Virus record (IMG/VR): IMGVR_UViG_3300008110_000055 | Location: 1 to 59,685 of that record | Strand: one strand, 5' to 3' | DNA from: a virus | Lineage: Duplodnaviria > Caudoviricetes | DNA length: 59,685 nt | Shown: positions 47,398 through 56,875 of the stretch, piece after piece | How positions within the stretch are numbered: the stretch's first letter is position 1 | How the letters are laid out: every line of letters begins with the position of its first letter | The notes under the pieces: generated by a model | Told to the model about the DNA's origin: nothing | Databases searched by the model: none | The model's input: the letters and a program-made list of their open reading frames with translations, nothing else | Program-made: the position numbers and the translations under genes

Positions 47398-48198
47398 TTA
47401 CGCTGGTAAACTTTCTATGAACTCGGTGAACTCTTCGTCGTCCATGTCCTTGACATCCTTCCTTCCGATCCTTATACTCAGAGGAAGGAGGTGTGAATAC
47501 TTGATTGCCTGACGCACGGCCTTGTCCTTAGCATCAGGATCGAGACTAAGAATAGCACGGCATCCAAGAGATTGCAACTCTTCAGCCATCAACTGAGTGA
47601 AGTCTCCGCCCAAGATAGCAGCAGCGTTGACACCGCTAGACGCCAAGCGAATCGCAGACGGAGCATCCTCAGTAACCACGACACGCTGGTGGGCGATGGA
47701 TGTGTCTGCTTTGTAGTACGCCAGCGCATTAGCGTTGTCGTTCTTATACGTGACTGCCTTCTTGAATCCGTCCTTCTTCTCGACCATGCGTCCGATGAAT
47801 CCACCGAACCGTCCGTCGTAAGTGTTGATCGGAATCCAGAGCCTGCCGTTACCATCGAGATCAGTGTACCACTCGATGCCAGCATCAGCACACATGCTAA
47901 CTGTCAGGTGAAACTTGGACAGGATACGAGGGTACATATCCTCAGGGATCTCGCTACGATTCACACGCGGTACAGGTTTGCGCCGTGACTTTACATCTGT
48001 AAAGCTTTTGCCGATGCAAGGAACGATGCCCTGAATACCACAGCTAGCACGATGACACTTGTAACCTAGGAAGTTGTTGTCTACTTGGAAGATGTTGAAC
48101 GTCGCCTCTCGTGTAGCCCCGCCTTCGCAGACAGGGCACACGTTAGCAGACGACGGGCCGATGCGGAGTACCTCCTCTTGCAGCCCGTTGTACTTCAT
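47398..48198 (-). CDS. DNA primase
   Basis: CPVC/CHRASC Zn ribbon; TOPRIM VVTED and LDPDA. Confidence 0.85.
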   Translation of the reverse strand: MKYNGLQEEVLRIGPSSANVCPVCEGGATREATFNIFQVDNNFLGYKCHRASCGIQGIVPCIGKSFTDVKSRRKPVPRVNRSEIPEDMYPRILSKFHLTVSMCADAGIEWYTDLDGNGRLWIPINTYDGRFGGFIGRMVEKKDGFKKAVTYKNDNANALAYYKADTSIAHQRVVVTEDAPSAIRLASSGVNAAAILGGDFTQLMAEELQSLGCRAILSLDPDAKDKAVRQAIKYSHLLPLSIRIGRKDVKDMDDEEFTEFIESLPA

Positions 48199-49463
48199 CA
48201 GACTGCGGCCCGCTCGATCGTAGACTCTACAGGTCGGATGGTCGTGGTACCAATCACGGCGTGCATAGCCTTCTCCGGAATGTGAGTCTTGGCATTAGCG
48301 ACGTGGATGTTGGTGCATCCGATGATATCGCCAGACCAGATAGCCTCGGAATCCCGATAGAGTTTGTTGAACGTATCCTCGTCTCGGCCACAGTAGATGA
48401 CAAGCTTGCCCTCGTACATCAGCTTCTGAACCGAAGGAGACTTGATCTCCGTCTCAGTATCGGAAGGCCAGAAGGTACCGAACACAGTACGGGTATTCTT
48501 GTCTACCTCGCTGACAAAGAACTCTACCTTGGTACCACGAACAGCAGCGATGGTAGCAGCCAGCGTGTCATCCGCTGTAGCCACACTATCGTCAAAAGGG
48601 ACTACGTTGCTGGCAGCAGGCGCGGTGCTAGTCGTGATGAGGTTGTACTTCTGCTGGAGTTTGGCAAGATCGTCGAACGATCCGTCGTAGAGTGACGTGC
48701 TGGTAAACGAACGGCTCCACTCGATCTCCTTCTTAGAGTACGTGACCTTAGTCTCCTTGAGGTTGAGGATGTACAGAGTGTCAGCCTGCGCAGCCATGAC
48801 GTTGTTCGTGGTCTTGAGCTTGTTGCGCTCCGCCAGCCAGTGCAGCATGCCCGGCTCGCTGGCGAACAAACAGTACGTACCATCGTCCGACATGAGAGCG
48901 TGCATCGGACGGCGTCCGTTGTTGGCAACGTACATCTTGGACGGGTCGTCGTCGAAGAAGAACATTACAGAGTAAGCACCCGACAGACTGCAGAGGATCT
49001 CAGCGATCTGTGTATCACGCGCCTCGTCGTCCAGAGCAGCCGCCTCTACCAGCTTACCGAACAGCCACTCAGAGTCGGACACGTAGTCCTTGCCGAGCGT
49101 GTAACCAGACAGCGTGCCGTTATGGACACCCACGATGGAGACGTCGTACTCCTTGTTCCACAGACGGAACGGATGAGCTGCATCGACAGTGACTTCGCCC
49201 ACGGTAGCCGCACGATTGTGCCCGATAACCATGTAGGAGTGATCGACTTCGTCGAGGATAGCCTTAGTGGCACGGCTGGTAAGGAACGAAGCCGGGGCCA
49301 GCACATCCTTGTGCATCATCACGTGACTGTTGCTAGTCATGACAGCGAGACCGCAGCTATCTTCACCACGCACAGCTCCGGCGATCAGGGCATCCGATAC
49401 AAACTTATTGAGATCCTTGACCGGAGTGGGCGAGACATTGACAAGTCCGAAGATACCACACAT
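48198..49463 (-). CDS. Class II (Ntn) glutamine amidotransferase with C-terminal extension
   Basis: MCGIFG, RGEDSCG, GHNRAAT, AHPF, HNGT, DSE. Confidence 0.9.
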   Translation of the reverse strand: MCGIFGLVNVSPTPVKDLNKFVSDALIAGAVRGEDSCGLAVMTSNSHVMMHKDVLAPASFLTSRATKAILDEVDHSYMVIGHNRAATVGEVTVDAAHPFRLWNKEYDVSIVGVHNGTLSGYTLGKDYVSDSEWLFGKLVEAAALDDEARDTQIAEILCSLSGAYSVMFFFDDDPSKMYVANNGRRPMHALMSDDGTYCLFASEPGMLHWLAERNKLKTTNNVMAAQADTLYILNLKETKVTYSKKEIEWSRSFTSTSLYDGSFDDLAKLQQKYNLITTSTAPAASNVVPFDDSVATADDTLAATIAAVRGTKVEFFVSEVDKNTRTVFGTFWPSDTETEIKSPSVQKLMYEGKLVIYCGRDEDTFNKLYRDSEAIWSGDIIGCTNIHVANAKTHIPEKAMHAVIGTTTIRPVESTIERAAV

Positions 49464-49488
49464 ATGTCAGTTCCTTATAGCTTAGGGT

Positions 49489-50451
49489 TCAATAGAATTG
49501 GCGCGCCACGGTGACGGAATGATCCGACGCTTCGTCCGAATCGCCCTGGTGGCCATGCGTTGCTGCATCGACCTCGGTGCTATCCTCGAAGGCGTCATCG
49601 AACATAAGACCGCCGAGCATCACGAGCACATCGTCGCGGTGACGCATGTCGTCTTCGTCGCTTACAGAAGTAAGATTCAAGAACTCCGCATGTGCAGGCA
49701 GGTACCGAGTGATGAACTCCCGGATAGTAGCGCAGTCGCTCAAGAGCTCACGCACGTCAGCGCCAGACAACGACACCTTCTTCTGCTCAAGGCACATGTT
49801 CACCAGACCATACACTCCCTCTCGGCTAAGCCCACCAAAGTAGCGATACTCGATGGTGCCATACTTAGCAAGGGCAGTGATGTTAAAGCCGAGATAACGG
49901 TGTCCACCGACGAGCTGCTGAACAGCGCTATCGCACGGACGGTTGGTGACGTTAGTAGTCAGCAGACGGCTAGCCGCGAGCGACACAGCGTAGCAGTTAG
50001 CTTCGCGATGGGTGCCTGCAGTACCTACCACATACGGCTCCACGATAGCGGCAAGGGCCAGCGTGCGGGCCACCTGATCAGACGTGGTATCCGAGTAGTT
50101 GATGTGGACGTGAGTGGAAGTACGGACAGAATCTTCCAGCCCGTTGGCTGCCTTGATCTCGAACATCGCATCGATAGCAGTGCAGGCAGCCTCACCAAAC
50201 AAGGGCTGAGAGAACACCAGCTCGATGCCATTGCGCAGGCTGCCGTCGCCGTGAGGCGTGACAAGCGCACGATTGATCAGCGAGTTACTGCCCCAGTAAC
50301 GCAGACGATCCCCGCGAATGTTCATGTCCGGCTGCTCAAGCTCCAGCTCAACGCCTACATATTCAGTAGGAAGGGCCAGTTGAGCCGAGCCGCGCTGCTC
50401 GATACCGACGCGGCGAGTAACACCGAACATATCATGAATAGTCACAGGCAT
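49489..50451 (-). CDS. Putative amidoligase (COOH-NH2 ligase) 1
   Basis: VGVELE, DGSL, GIELV, HVHIN, RY...N, GTIEYR. Confidence 0.85.
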   Translation of the reverse strand: MPVTIHDMFGVTRRVGIEQRGSAQLALPTEYVGVELELEQPDMNIRGDRLRYWGSNSLINRALVTPHGDGSLRNGIELVFSQPLFGEAACTAIDAMFEIKAANGLEDSVRTSTHVHINYSDTTSDQVARTLALAAIVEPYVVGTAGTHREANCYAVSLAASRLLTTNVTNRPCDSAVQQLVGGHRYLGFNITALAKYGTIEYRYFGGLSREGVYGLVNMCLEQKKVSLSGADVRELLSDCATIREFITRYLPAHAEFLNLTSVSDEDDMRHRDDVLVMLGGLMFDDAFEDSTEVDAATHGHQGDSDEASDHSVTVARQFY

Positions 50452-51170
50452 GGCACCACCTTAGGAAGAGTACGAGAAACAGTGGACTGAGTACGGCTAT
50501 CGATAAGACGATTGGATCGGGTATCGACTTTGTAGGTACCGTCGTCCTGACGAATGACCTTGAACATACCGTTACACATGCTGTAATGGAACCATACCTC
50601 AGTGCCGACGCGGAACAGGAGCATGGTCGGGGAGATGGCCAGCGTCGTAGTGTAGCTAGAGTTAAAGTCTGTCAGCGTGGCAACAGCCTGCTCGAAGCTG
50701 ACGTACATGCCACCAGTAAAGGCGGAATGAAGGACACGGAGAATACGGTAGCTGTCACTGGTCCAGCTACTGCCCACGTGAGGGCCGTCAGTGTGGGCAC
50801 CACCGACCCGCACCGAGCGCTCGCCGTAGCCACGAACGTAGCCACCCACCTTACGCTGTAAGAAGTAGCGACCAGTAAGCGTGCCGTCCTCCTCGCAGAT
50901 GTTGACGAAGCCGGAACGAACGATCGGCAAGAGATTGTCAGGATCGAACACAGCACGGAGCTGGTTAACTCCGAGACGAAACTCGCGCCCGATCAGATCG
51001 CTACCGCTGCTCTGGATGATCTTGCTGGCAGTGCAGGCAAGTCCTTCCTCTCGTCGGTAGAACGCACGCAGCATGATCACGGAGTCGTTGAACCGCATAA
51101 AGCAGTTGCCCAACGATCGCTGGAGATCATCGACATTCAGCACGTCGAAGGTGTGCTTCTTGATTTCCAT
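50442..51170 (-). CDS. Hypothetical protein within the amidoligase cluster
   Basis: Coupled ORF; GFVN...R...Y.RG and AIS motifs. Confidence 0.65.
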   Translation of the reverse strand: MEIKKHTFDVLNVDDLQRSLGNCFMRFNDSVIMLRAFYRREEGLACTASKIIQSSGSDLIGREFRLGVNQLRAVFDPDNLLPIVRSGFVNICEEDGTLTGRYFLQRKVGGYVRGYGERSVRVGGAHTDGPHVGSSWTSDSYRILRVLHSAFTGGMYVSFEQAVATLTDFNSSYTTTLAISPTMLLFRVGTEVWFHYSMCNGMFKVIRQDDGTYKVDTRSNRLIDSRTQSTVSRTLPKVVPCL

Positions 51171-51173
51171 GTG

Positions 51174-51443
51174 TCACATCTCTGAGGTGGTATACTTGGG
51201 GAAGTTAGCTGGCTTTGGCTTAACTCCAGCCAGCTCGGACGTGTTGCCCCGAGCCATGACTTCTTTGTTCTCGGAGTCCGTGATGATAATGGCACTACAG
51301 AAGGAATACTTCCGAAAGCCTACGTCTTGCCGGACCTCGCGCTCTGCGTCTAGATCATTAGCAGCCGCTACCTTACCGCTGTAAAACTTACCGTGGTACT
51401 TGAGCCGGTAGTAGTACTGCTTATAGGAGATTGAACTGACCAA
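51174..51443 (-). CDS. Hypothetical protein
   Basis: TTG start 7 nt after AAGGAG. Confidence 0.5.
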   Translation of the reverse strand: MVSSISYKQYYYRLKYHGKFYSGKVAAANDLDAEREVRQDVGFRKYSFCSAIIITDSENKEVMARGNTSELAGVKPKPANFPKYTTSEM

Positions 51444-52170
51444 CGTAGAACTCCTTTGTTGAGGGAGCAGACAGCGCAGGAGCCGTGTTAACTTCGAGAA
51501 CATAGAGCCTGTCCTTCTTACTTACGATCAGATCTACTGCACCGAAGTCCAGTCCGCAGTTACGCACTGCGCGCTGAGCCATGTGAACCATGTCAGTAGT
51601 GACCGGGTCCACGTTGTCGGAACAGTACACCCAGCCGTGATGATAGCTGCGGATAAGGGCCGAGTAGTCCTCCTCGCTAGCGCCGTTACGCTTGCGCTTC
51701 TGCTGCACGAAGAAGTTATCCGACCACGTGTTAACGTGGATACGGTACTCAGCTTTCTTACGGATGTAAGCAGTGTACAGCTTAGCATCAGGCAGATCAT
51801 CAGGAGTACGGCACACTACGATGCCGTCTCCCGAATGGCTGGTCAGCTTGGTGCGAGCGAAGACGATGCGTCCCTCCTTCTCACGCAGCCATGCCGCTGC
51901 TTCCTCCTTGTCCAGCCAGTACGGAGGCCGGTCTTCGGCGTTGCCGGTACGAATGAAGAACTCTCGCTTGTCCGTAGCAAGGTGCGTGTCGATGTTGAGG
52001 ATCTTATCCGAGTAAGTAACCGGACCGCAGTTACCCCAGAAGATTACCCGTTCGTACTTGCGGATAACCCGGTCAAGCCGGGACAGGGACACCCGTCGGC
52101 ACGACGGCAGACTGCGACGCAACACTGCGGCGCTGGCGCTGGGGCGAGGACAGACGATTGCAAACTTCAT
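51421..52170 (-). CDS. ATP-grasp ligase
   Basis: DK..F, HSGDGI, EYRIHV, GLDFGAVDL, VLEVNTAP; GGAG RBS before ATG 52170. Confidence 0.9.
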   Translation of the reverse strand: MKFAIVCPRPSASAAVLRRSLPSCRRVSLSRLDRVIRKYERVIFWGNCGPVTYSDKILNIDTHLATDKREFFIRTGNAEDRPPYWLDKEEAAAWLREKEGRIVFARTKLTSHSGDGIVVCRTPDDLPDAKLYTAYIRKKAEYRIHVNTWSDNFFVQQKRKRNGASEEDYSALIRSYHHGWVYCSDNVDPVTTDMVHMAQRAVRNCGLDFGAVDLIVSKKDRLYVLEVNTAPALSAPSTKEFYVGQFNLL

Positions 52171-52990
52171 TGATGGGTTCTCCACAGATACGAATGTACT
52201 CGGCTGCGCTGGCGTAGTTGTTGAAGCGGATGTTGCCGGCCCACGCGTGAGCATGGTCATACAAGTTCATGACCACTTGCCGTTCGCTAGTCTCCGGCTG
52301 CTGAGCAAGCCACCGTCCAAACTCAGTATACTTAGTAGCTCCTTCGATCGCAAAGCTATAGATAAACTCACCTCGCGTCTGGCTCTCGATGCTGTCGATC
52401 CAGCTAGCCCAGTAGCGAGTGAACAGCATCTGAGCAACGAGCACCTTAGCATTGACGGTACCCTTGAACATGCGGAACTCGACACGGTTGTTGCGCAGAG
52501 CGATGCCGTGCCTACATGACTGCCTACCGAACGCATACCCGCCGTCACTATCCATATACCTGCAGCTCGCCATCGAGGCGAACGAGTTATAGCCGTAACG
52601 CCGTGCGATATGCCGCAAGAAGCCGGCGTTATGATCAGCGCCGCTGTAGAAAATAGCCCGCCGCCATGCCGGAGTTTTGTTGGCAGCATTCAGGTTGATG
52701 TGAAGACCGTATCGATCACCACCTTCTTCCATCTCCACACGAGAGAACAGAGTGGTAGCCATGCGGTAGATCTTACCGATGTCATCATACGCTCCGAACA
52801 CGAACTCTACACCGTTAGCTCCGAGAGAACCGTCGCGTTCAGCACGGATGCCACGCACCGTCTGAGCTTGGTTGAAAGAGAAACGATTGACGTTAACCTC
52901 AAGCTCGATGCCCAGACCGTAGCCGTTAGGGTCGAGACTACTGCCCCGGTAAAGTGGGCCGCGATAAGAGTGATACCCGTACTGACGCAT
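52073..52990 (-). CDS. Putative amidoligase (COOH-NH2 ligase) 2
   Basis: YGYHS, LGIELEV, RDGSL, GVEFV, GLHIN, RVEFRMFKGT. Confidence 0.85.
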   Translation of the reverse strand: MRQYGYHSYRGPLYRGSSLDPNGYGLGIELEVNVNRFSFNQAQTVRGIRAERDGSLGANGVEFVFGAYDDIGKIYRMATTLFSRVEMEEGGDRYGLHINLNAANKTPAWRRAIFYSGADHNAGFLRHIARRYGYNSFASMASCRYMDSDGGYAFGRQSCRHGIALRNNRVEFRMFKGTVNAKVLVAQMLFTRYWASWIDSIESQTRGEFIYSFAIEGATKYTEFGRWLAQQPETSERQVVMNLYDHAHAWAGNIRFNNYASAAEYIRICGEPINEVCNRLSSPQRQRRSVASQSAVVPTGVPVPA

Positions 52991-53009
52991 GTTGTTAGCC
53001 TATGGTTAG

Positions 53010-53579
53010 TTACTTAGCGAGATTACCGTACATGGAGTAGTATCCACGGTACGATCCATTAGAGAACCAGCGGCCCTCGTGCCACTGACCGATGCTCTCG
53101 TTTACAATTGTAAGACTAGCATCCGGATGGATGATAGCGAACTTGTTGTAGCCGATAGCCTTTCCGATGACGAGCTTCTCGCGTTCGAGGATCTCCTTAG
53201 TCAGCAGGGTACCATACTTCTCGATGAACAACTGAGTGTCCGACTTGGTTGCATCGTACATGTCAGCACCACGAAGCACACCATTGTGTGCGAGCGCCGA
53301 TCCGTCCGGCAAACGGAACGGATGGGTACGTTCCTTATCAGTCAGGCCGTGGGTACGGATGCGGAAGTGGATGACGAACGGAGTACTGGCACCATGCTTA
53401 GCCATCAAAGACTTAAGCGAGCGCATGAATTCTTCCTTGGTCATGAACCCCTTGCGGATCTTGACCACACCGTTCTGCGCATAGGCGAATCCACCGCCGT
53501 CACCGTTCGAGTCCCAGCAATTGTTCAGTTCTTCTTCACTGATCGTCTTGCCTGCGGGTACAACTGCGATGATACACAT
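53010..53579 (-). CDS. Short class II glutamine amidotransferase
   Basis: MCII, N.DG.G, HFRIRTHG, THPF, AHNG, SDT, WFSN. Confidence 0.9.
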   Translation of the reverse strand: MCIIAVVPAGKTISEEELNNCWDSNGDGGGFAYAQNGVVKIRKGFMTKEEFMRSLKSLMAKHGASTPFVIHFRIRTHGLTDKERTHPFRLPDGSALAHNGVLRGADMYDATKSDTQLFIEKYGTLLTKEILEREKLVIGKAIGYNKFAIIHPDASLTIVNESIGQWHEGRWFSNGSYRGYYSMYGNLAK

Positions 53580-53580
53580 C

Positions 53581-53808
53581 TTACTCAGTAACCTCTAGCT
53601 TGCGATAGATAGTGTTGAGAGTCTCGAACTCCACGAGCTTCGTTACTTCATCGTCGTACTTGACACGCACGATAATGGAGGTAGTCACATCGTCCTCGTC
53701 ACCAAGTCGCGGATGACCCTTGACTCCGCTCAGTCGGGCGCGGATACCTTCACCAGCCACGTCGATGAATCCGCGAACCTTACTGAAGTAAACAACAGGC
53801 TTGCTCAT
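53581..53808 (-). CDS. Hypothetical protein
   Basis: HPRLG...TS...FETLNTIY motif; start taken at MSKPV. Confidence 0.55.
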   Translation of the reverse strand: MSKPVVYFSKVRGFIDVAGEGIRARLSGVKGHPRLGDEDDVTTSIIVRVKYDDEVTKLVEFETLNTIYRKLEVTE

Positions 53809-53836
53809 CTCTTGCTTCTCCTTCCAGTGTGAGAAC

Positions 53837-53865
53837 ATTATACGCTAGGCACTAGGCGTTGTCAA
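53837..53865 (-). promoter_or_regulatory. Consensus sigma70 promoter driving the amidoligase cluster
   Basis: TTGACA-17 bp-TATAAT. Confidence 0.9.
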
Positions 53866-54364
53866 GTCGATTGATTCCCCACTTAAGCTCTGCCTCTCGC
53901 AGTTTGCCGAGAGCAATGGCTTGAGTGACGCGCTCCATTGCTACCTTCAAGGCAGTCTCACTATCAGACGCAATGACTAGCGTGCTGGCATTCCATCCAA
54001 CGATAGAATGCCGACCATCGCCGTAGAACTTAACCTCTTTCCCGAAAAATACATCACCCTCAGTGTGCTGCTTTACAGCGTAATCCTCAAACACACCGCC
54101 GAGTTTCGGCCCATAGTTCCCACCTACCCGATAGTCAATAGGTAGTACAATCGGAAATAGAATCTGCTTAGCGTAGATGTTAAACACCTTAGAACCTGCC
54201 GGATATTTAGGCTCGGGGTACTGAGGGTCTAGATCGAACTCCTCGATCTCATAATCACCGCGACTAGCAGCCACAGCCTTCTCGGCTAGCTCCCTCGTCG
54301 TGAAGATGCAGTGGACTTGGTAATCGGAGTACTCTCCAGAACTTACAGCGTAACAGATAGGCAC
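53852..54364 (-). CDS. Hypothetical early protein
   Basis: Y.V..GEYSDY....IF..RE.AE...IEEF.LD motif; AAGGAG RBS. Confidence 0.65.
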   Translation of the reverse strand: MPICYAVSSGEYSDYQVHCIFTTRELAEKAVAASRGDYEIEEFDLDPQYPEPKYPAGSKVFNIYAKQILFPIVLPIDYRVGGNYGPKLGGVFEDYAVKQHTEGDVFFGKEVKFYGDGRHSIVGWNASTLVIASDSETALKVAMERVTQAIALGKLREAELKWGINRLDNA

Positions 54365-54367
54365 GGC

Positions 54368-54580
54368 CTACTCCTTACTAGTGTAAGAAATCAGAGCGTT
54401 AACCTCAGCTCTACGTTGGCACACGACGGCGTGACCTCGCGGCAGAGGGTGAACGTTCTGCTCTACGATAGATGCCGCATTCTCGCAAGCCTTCTTGTCG
54501 TAGAATTTACCGTGGACCTTAGCCGGTAAGCCTCGGTCCGTCACAGTCATCAGCACAAACACGATAGCCACGCTATACAT
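54368..54580 (-). CDS. Small hypothetical protein
   Basis: Hydrophobic N-terminus, F.....CE.A...C; AAGGAG RBS. Confidence 0.55.
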   Translation of the reverse strand: MYSVAIVFVLMTVTDRGLPAKVHGKFYDKKACENAASIVEQNVHPLPRGHAVVCQRRAEVNALISYTSKE

Positions 54581-54596
54581 TAGCTTACTCCTTCAA

Positions 54597-55004
54597 TTAC
54601 ACAGTCTCGTACTGCCAGTCCGTATCAACCCAGCGCACGAAAGAATCGTGACGCTCAGCACCGCCGATAACACCACTCTCCTCCTCGCTTACACTGTAAG
54701 GACGGGACACGGTACGGACGCGGTAGTCGCCATTAACGCAAGCGATATACCGTCGGTAGCCGACAGTCTTGATCTCGACCGGCTTGACACGATACTCCCA
54801 GTGATCCGCGAAAGCCGGCGTACACTTGCCTCGAACTTCTGCCGGAGTTTCTAGATCAACCCACGTGTCTGACGCACTGATACGGAACTGACAACGAACT
54901 CCGTCTGCCCACGCCTTGATAACCTCGGCGTGCTTGTGAGGCTTAGGAGTGCACGCGGCCCGCTTCATCAGGCAGTGACACGCATCGTAATTGCAAGGAC
55001 ACAT
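54597..55004 (-). CDS. Early protein, shared C-terminal module family (copy 3)
   Basis: Starts MC; HAEVIKAWADG domain; YRRY...FVRWVDTDW. Confidence 0.7.
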   Translation of the reverse strand: MCPCNYDACHCLMKRAACTPKPHKHAEVIKAWADGVRCQFRISASDTWVDLETPAEVRGKCTPAFADHWEYRVKPVEIKTVGYRRYIACVNGDYRVRTVSRPYSVSEEESGVIGGAERHDSFVRWVDTDWQYETV

Positions 55005-55241
55005 TATCAGTTACTCCTAGTCCATTGATTGCAGCGAGTGTGGTGAGAAGTGATCGGAACGTAAACGTTACCGCTCTTGACCATTGTGGTACTCGTGTAG
55101 CGCTGCGTGCCATTGAGGCCGGCCTGAAGGGCGATGCCGAAGCACTGTGGGTGGCAAAGCTACTGCTCACCGCAGACGTAGGGTCGTCTCGTGTCCTGAC
55201 GCCGCCCTGTCCAACCACCCGTCATTGACGGGTCGCGAGCT

Positions 55242-55841
55242 TCACCGTCGCTCAAGCCACCAAGTCGTGAAGGCCTTTAGGTTCGCGTGCTGCGAATCGA
55301 CGTCGGCCAGCTCCACGCCGACGTTTGGCGATCCGTTCGACTCTCTCAGGATCAGCGCTTTGTGGACGTCCGCCGAGAGACCACGATGGTACGGAAGGAA
55401 ATCGTCGACGAAAGCGGCGGGCATCAGTCGCTCGATAGCGTCACGTTTGGGACTAACGTCATGCCCGGCGCCAGCGGTCACAATCACGTGATCGATGGGA
55501 AAGCCAAGCGCCAACAGGTTGTGTCGGCGAGCTTCAGCAAAGGCCTCATCCAACGCGGTGACACAGACCAGTCGGTAGCCCTCGTCGGCCAACTGATTGC
55601 ACGCTTCCACGGCGCCATCGATCGCTGGGATCGTTGACCAGAACTCTTCGTTGAACTCAGATCGAAAGCGCGTCAGCGATTCGCCCGAGAGGCGCTCCAC
55701 CGCCCAGTGATCCATGGGCCAGTAGGCATCCGGATCTCGAAGCGCTGGGAGTTTGCCAAACGCCTTTTCCCACGCATTGGCGTAAGCGGCGTTGTAGTCG
55801 AGAAGCACACCGTCGGCATCCAATGCGATAGTCCTGGACAT
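55242..55841 (-). CDS. HAD-superfamily hydrolase (5'-nucleotidase-like)
   Basis: LDADGVL, CVTA, K, FVDD motifs I-IV. Confidence 0.88.
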   Translation of the reverse strand: MSRTIALDADGVLLDYNAAYANAWEKAFGKLPALRDPDAYWPMDHWAVERLSGESLTRFRSEFNEEFWSTIPAIDGAVEACNQLADEGYRLVCVTALDEAFAEARRHNLLALGFPIDHVIVTAGAGHDVSPKRDAIERLMPAAFVDDFLPYHRGLSADVHKALILRESNGSPNVGVELADVDSQHANLKAFTTWWLERR

Positions 55842-55855
55842 TACTTGAGTAAGAG

Positions 55856-56164
55856 TTAGTTACGTGCGCCGTACTTCGAGAGCAGACGATCCACACCACG
55901 CGCACTTTCGGTAGCACGCGGCGCATTGGCCGGAGCATTGCGGCGCACGATGGCCCAATCACCGAGCGCGAACAGCCCGTCCTTGCCGTCCTGATCCAGA
56001 CCATGCAGGCGACCGACCATGACGTAGGACTTGGGCGAGATGATCCACTTGCGCTCGAACTTCTTGCGCTTGGGATTGAACACGATCGTACCCATCTTCT
56101 CGATCGGGGTGAAGACTTCGCCGTTGCGAACCTGCGTCACGGGAATGGTGATGAAGTTACTCAT
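55856..56164 (-). CDS. Basic hypothetical early protein
   Basis: GAGGAG RBS. Confidence 0.6.
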   Translation of the reverse strand: MSNFITIPVTQVRNGEVFTPIEKMGTIVFNPKRKKFERKWIISPKSYVMVGRLHGLDQDGKDGLFALGDWAIVRRNAPANAPRATESARGVDRLLSKYGARN

Positions 56165-56176
56165 GTAAGATTCTCC

Positions 56177-56371
56177 TCAGACCGGGAAGCTGGAGTTGTT
56201 GGCGCTCTTGTTCTGCTGCCACGCGGCACGCGCAGCCTTGCGGCTGGCATTGCGCTGAGCGTTGCCATTGCGCGCATCCTTGGCAGTCTTGCCGACGCGC
56301 TTACGCTTCTCGTTGTGGGGATTCTTGTAGTCCGAGGCGAGGTTGATCGGACGCGAGGAGAACATGCTCAT
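56177..56371 (-). CDS. Small basic early protein
   Basis: K/R/N-rich; start uncertain. Confidence 0.45.
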   Translation of the reverse strand: MSMFSSRPINLASDYKNPHNEKRKRVGKTAKDARNGNAQRNASRKAARAAWQQNKSANNSSFPV

Positions 56372-56475
56372 CTCAGGTGTAACCTTCTGGAATACTAGCA
56401 AGGCGCTAGCCCGGCACGCTCTCACCTTACAACTGTAAGAGCGTGGTGCGGCTGGTTCCTCGATTTTGTGGGACT

Positions 56476-56504
56476 ATTATACGCTAGGCTAGAGGTGAAG
56501 TCAA
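56476..56504 (-). promoter_or_regulatory. Sigma70 early promoter
   Basis: TTGACT-17 bp-TATAAT. Confidence 0.85.
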
Positions 56505-56510
56505 GCGGAC

Positions 56511-56873
56511 TTACTTCGGCGTGACCTCAATCTCGGACGTGATCCAGTCCTTGTCCACCCAGCCGATGAAGTTTTCGCTAGTCTCCCAGCGATTCACCAC
56601 GGCCTGACTGACAGCAAGGCCGGTATTTGTCTCGCCTCGGAGGTTGCGGAACATAAAGCGACGGTACTTCTCACTCGTCACCTTGACCGGAGCCGGGCGA
56701 AGTTCATCCTCGCTCGACCACGCTGACCCGTGCACTCCGCCCGGATTCAGGGGATCAATGAGTACCAGCAGTGGATACTCGCCCCTGTTAGGATCAACGA
56801 ACAACACCGTAGCTTGGCGATTGAAGGCCGCACAAACTACACGATCACCGACCTTGTACTTGGTATTGCACAT
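56511..56873 (-). CDS. Early protein, shared C-terminal module family (copy 2)
   Basis: GGAGG then MCNTKYKVGDRV (KOW/SH3-like); YRRF...FIGWVDKDW. Confidence 0.7.
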   Translation of the reverse strand: MCNTKYKVGDRVVCAAFNRQATVLFVDPNRGEYPLLVLIDPLNPGGVHGSAWSSEDELRPAPVKVTSEKYRRFMFRNLRGETNTGLAVSQAVVNRWETSENFIGWVDKDWITSEIEVTPK

Positions 56874-56875
56874 GA

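Noticed and set aside
55005-55241. TAG-interrupted reading frame downstream of the HAD gene as a readthrough gene
   Set aside because: No RBS or homology evidence; more likely junction debris
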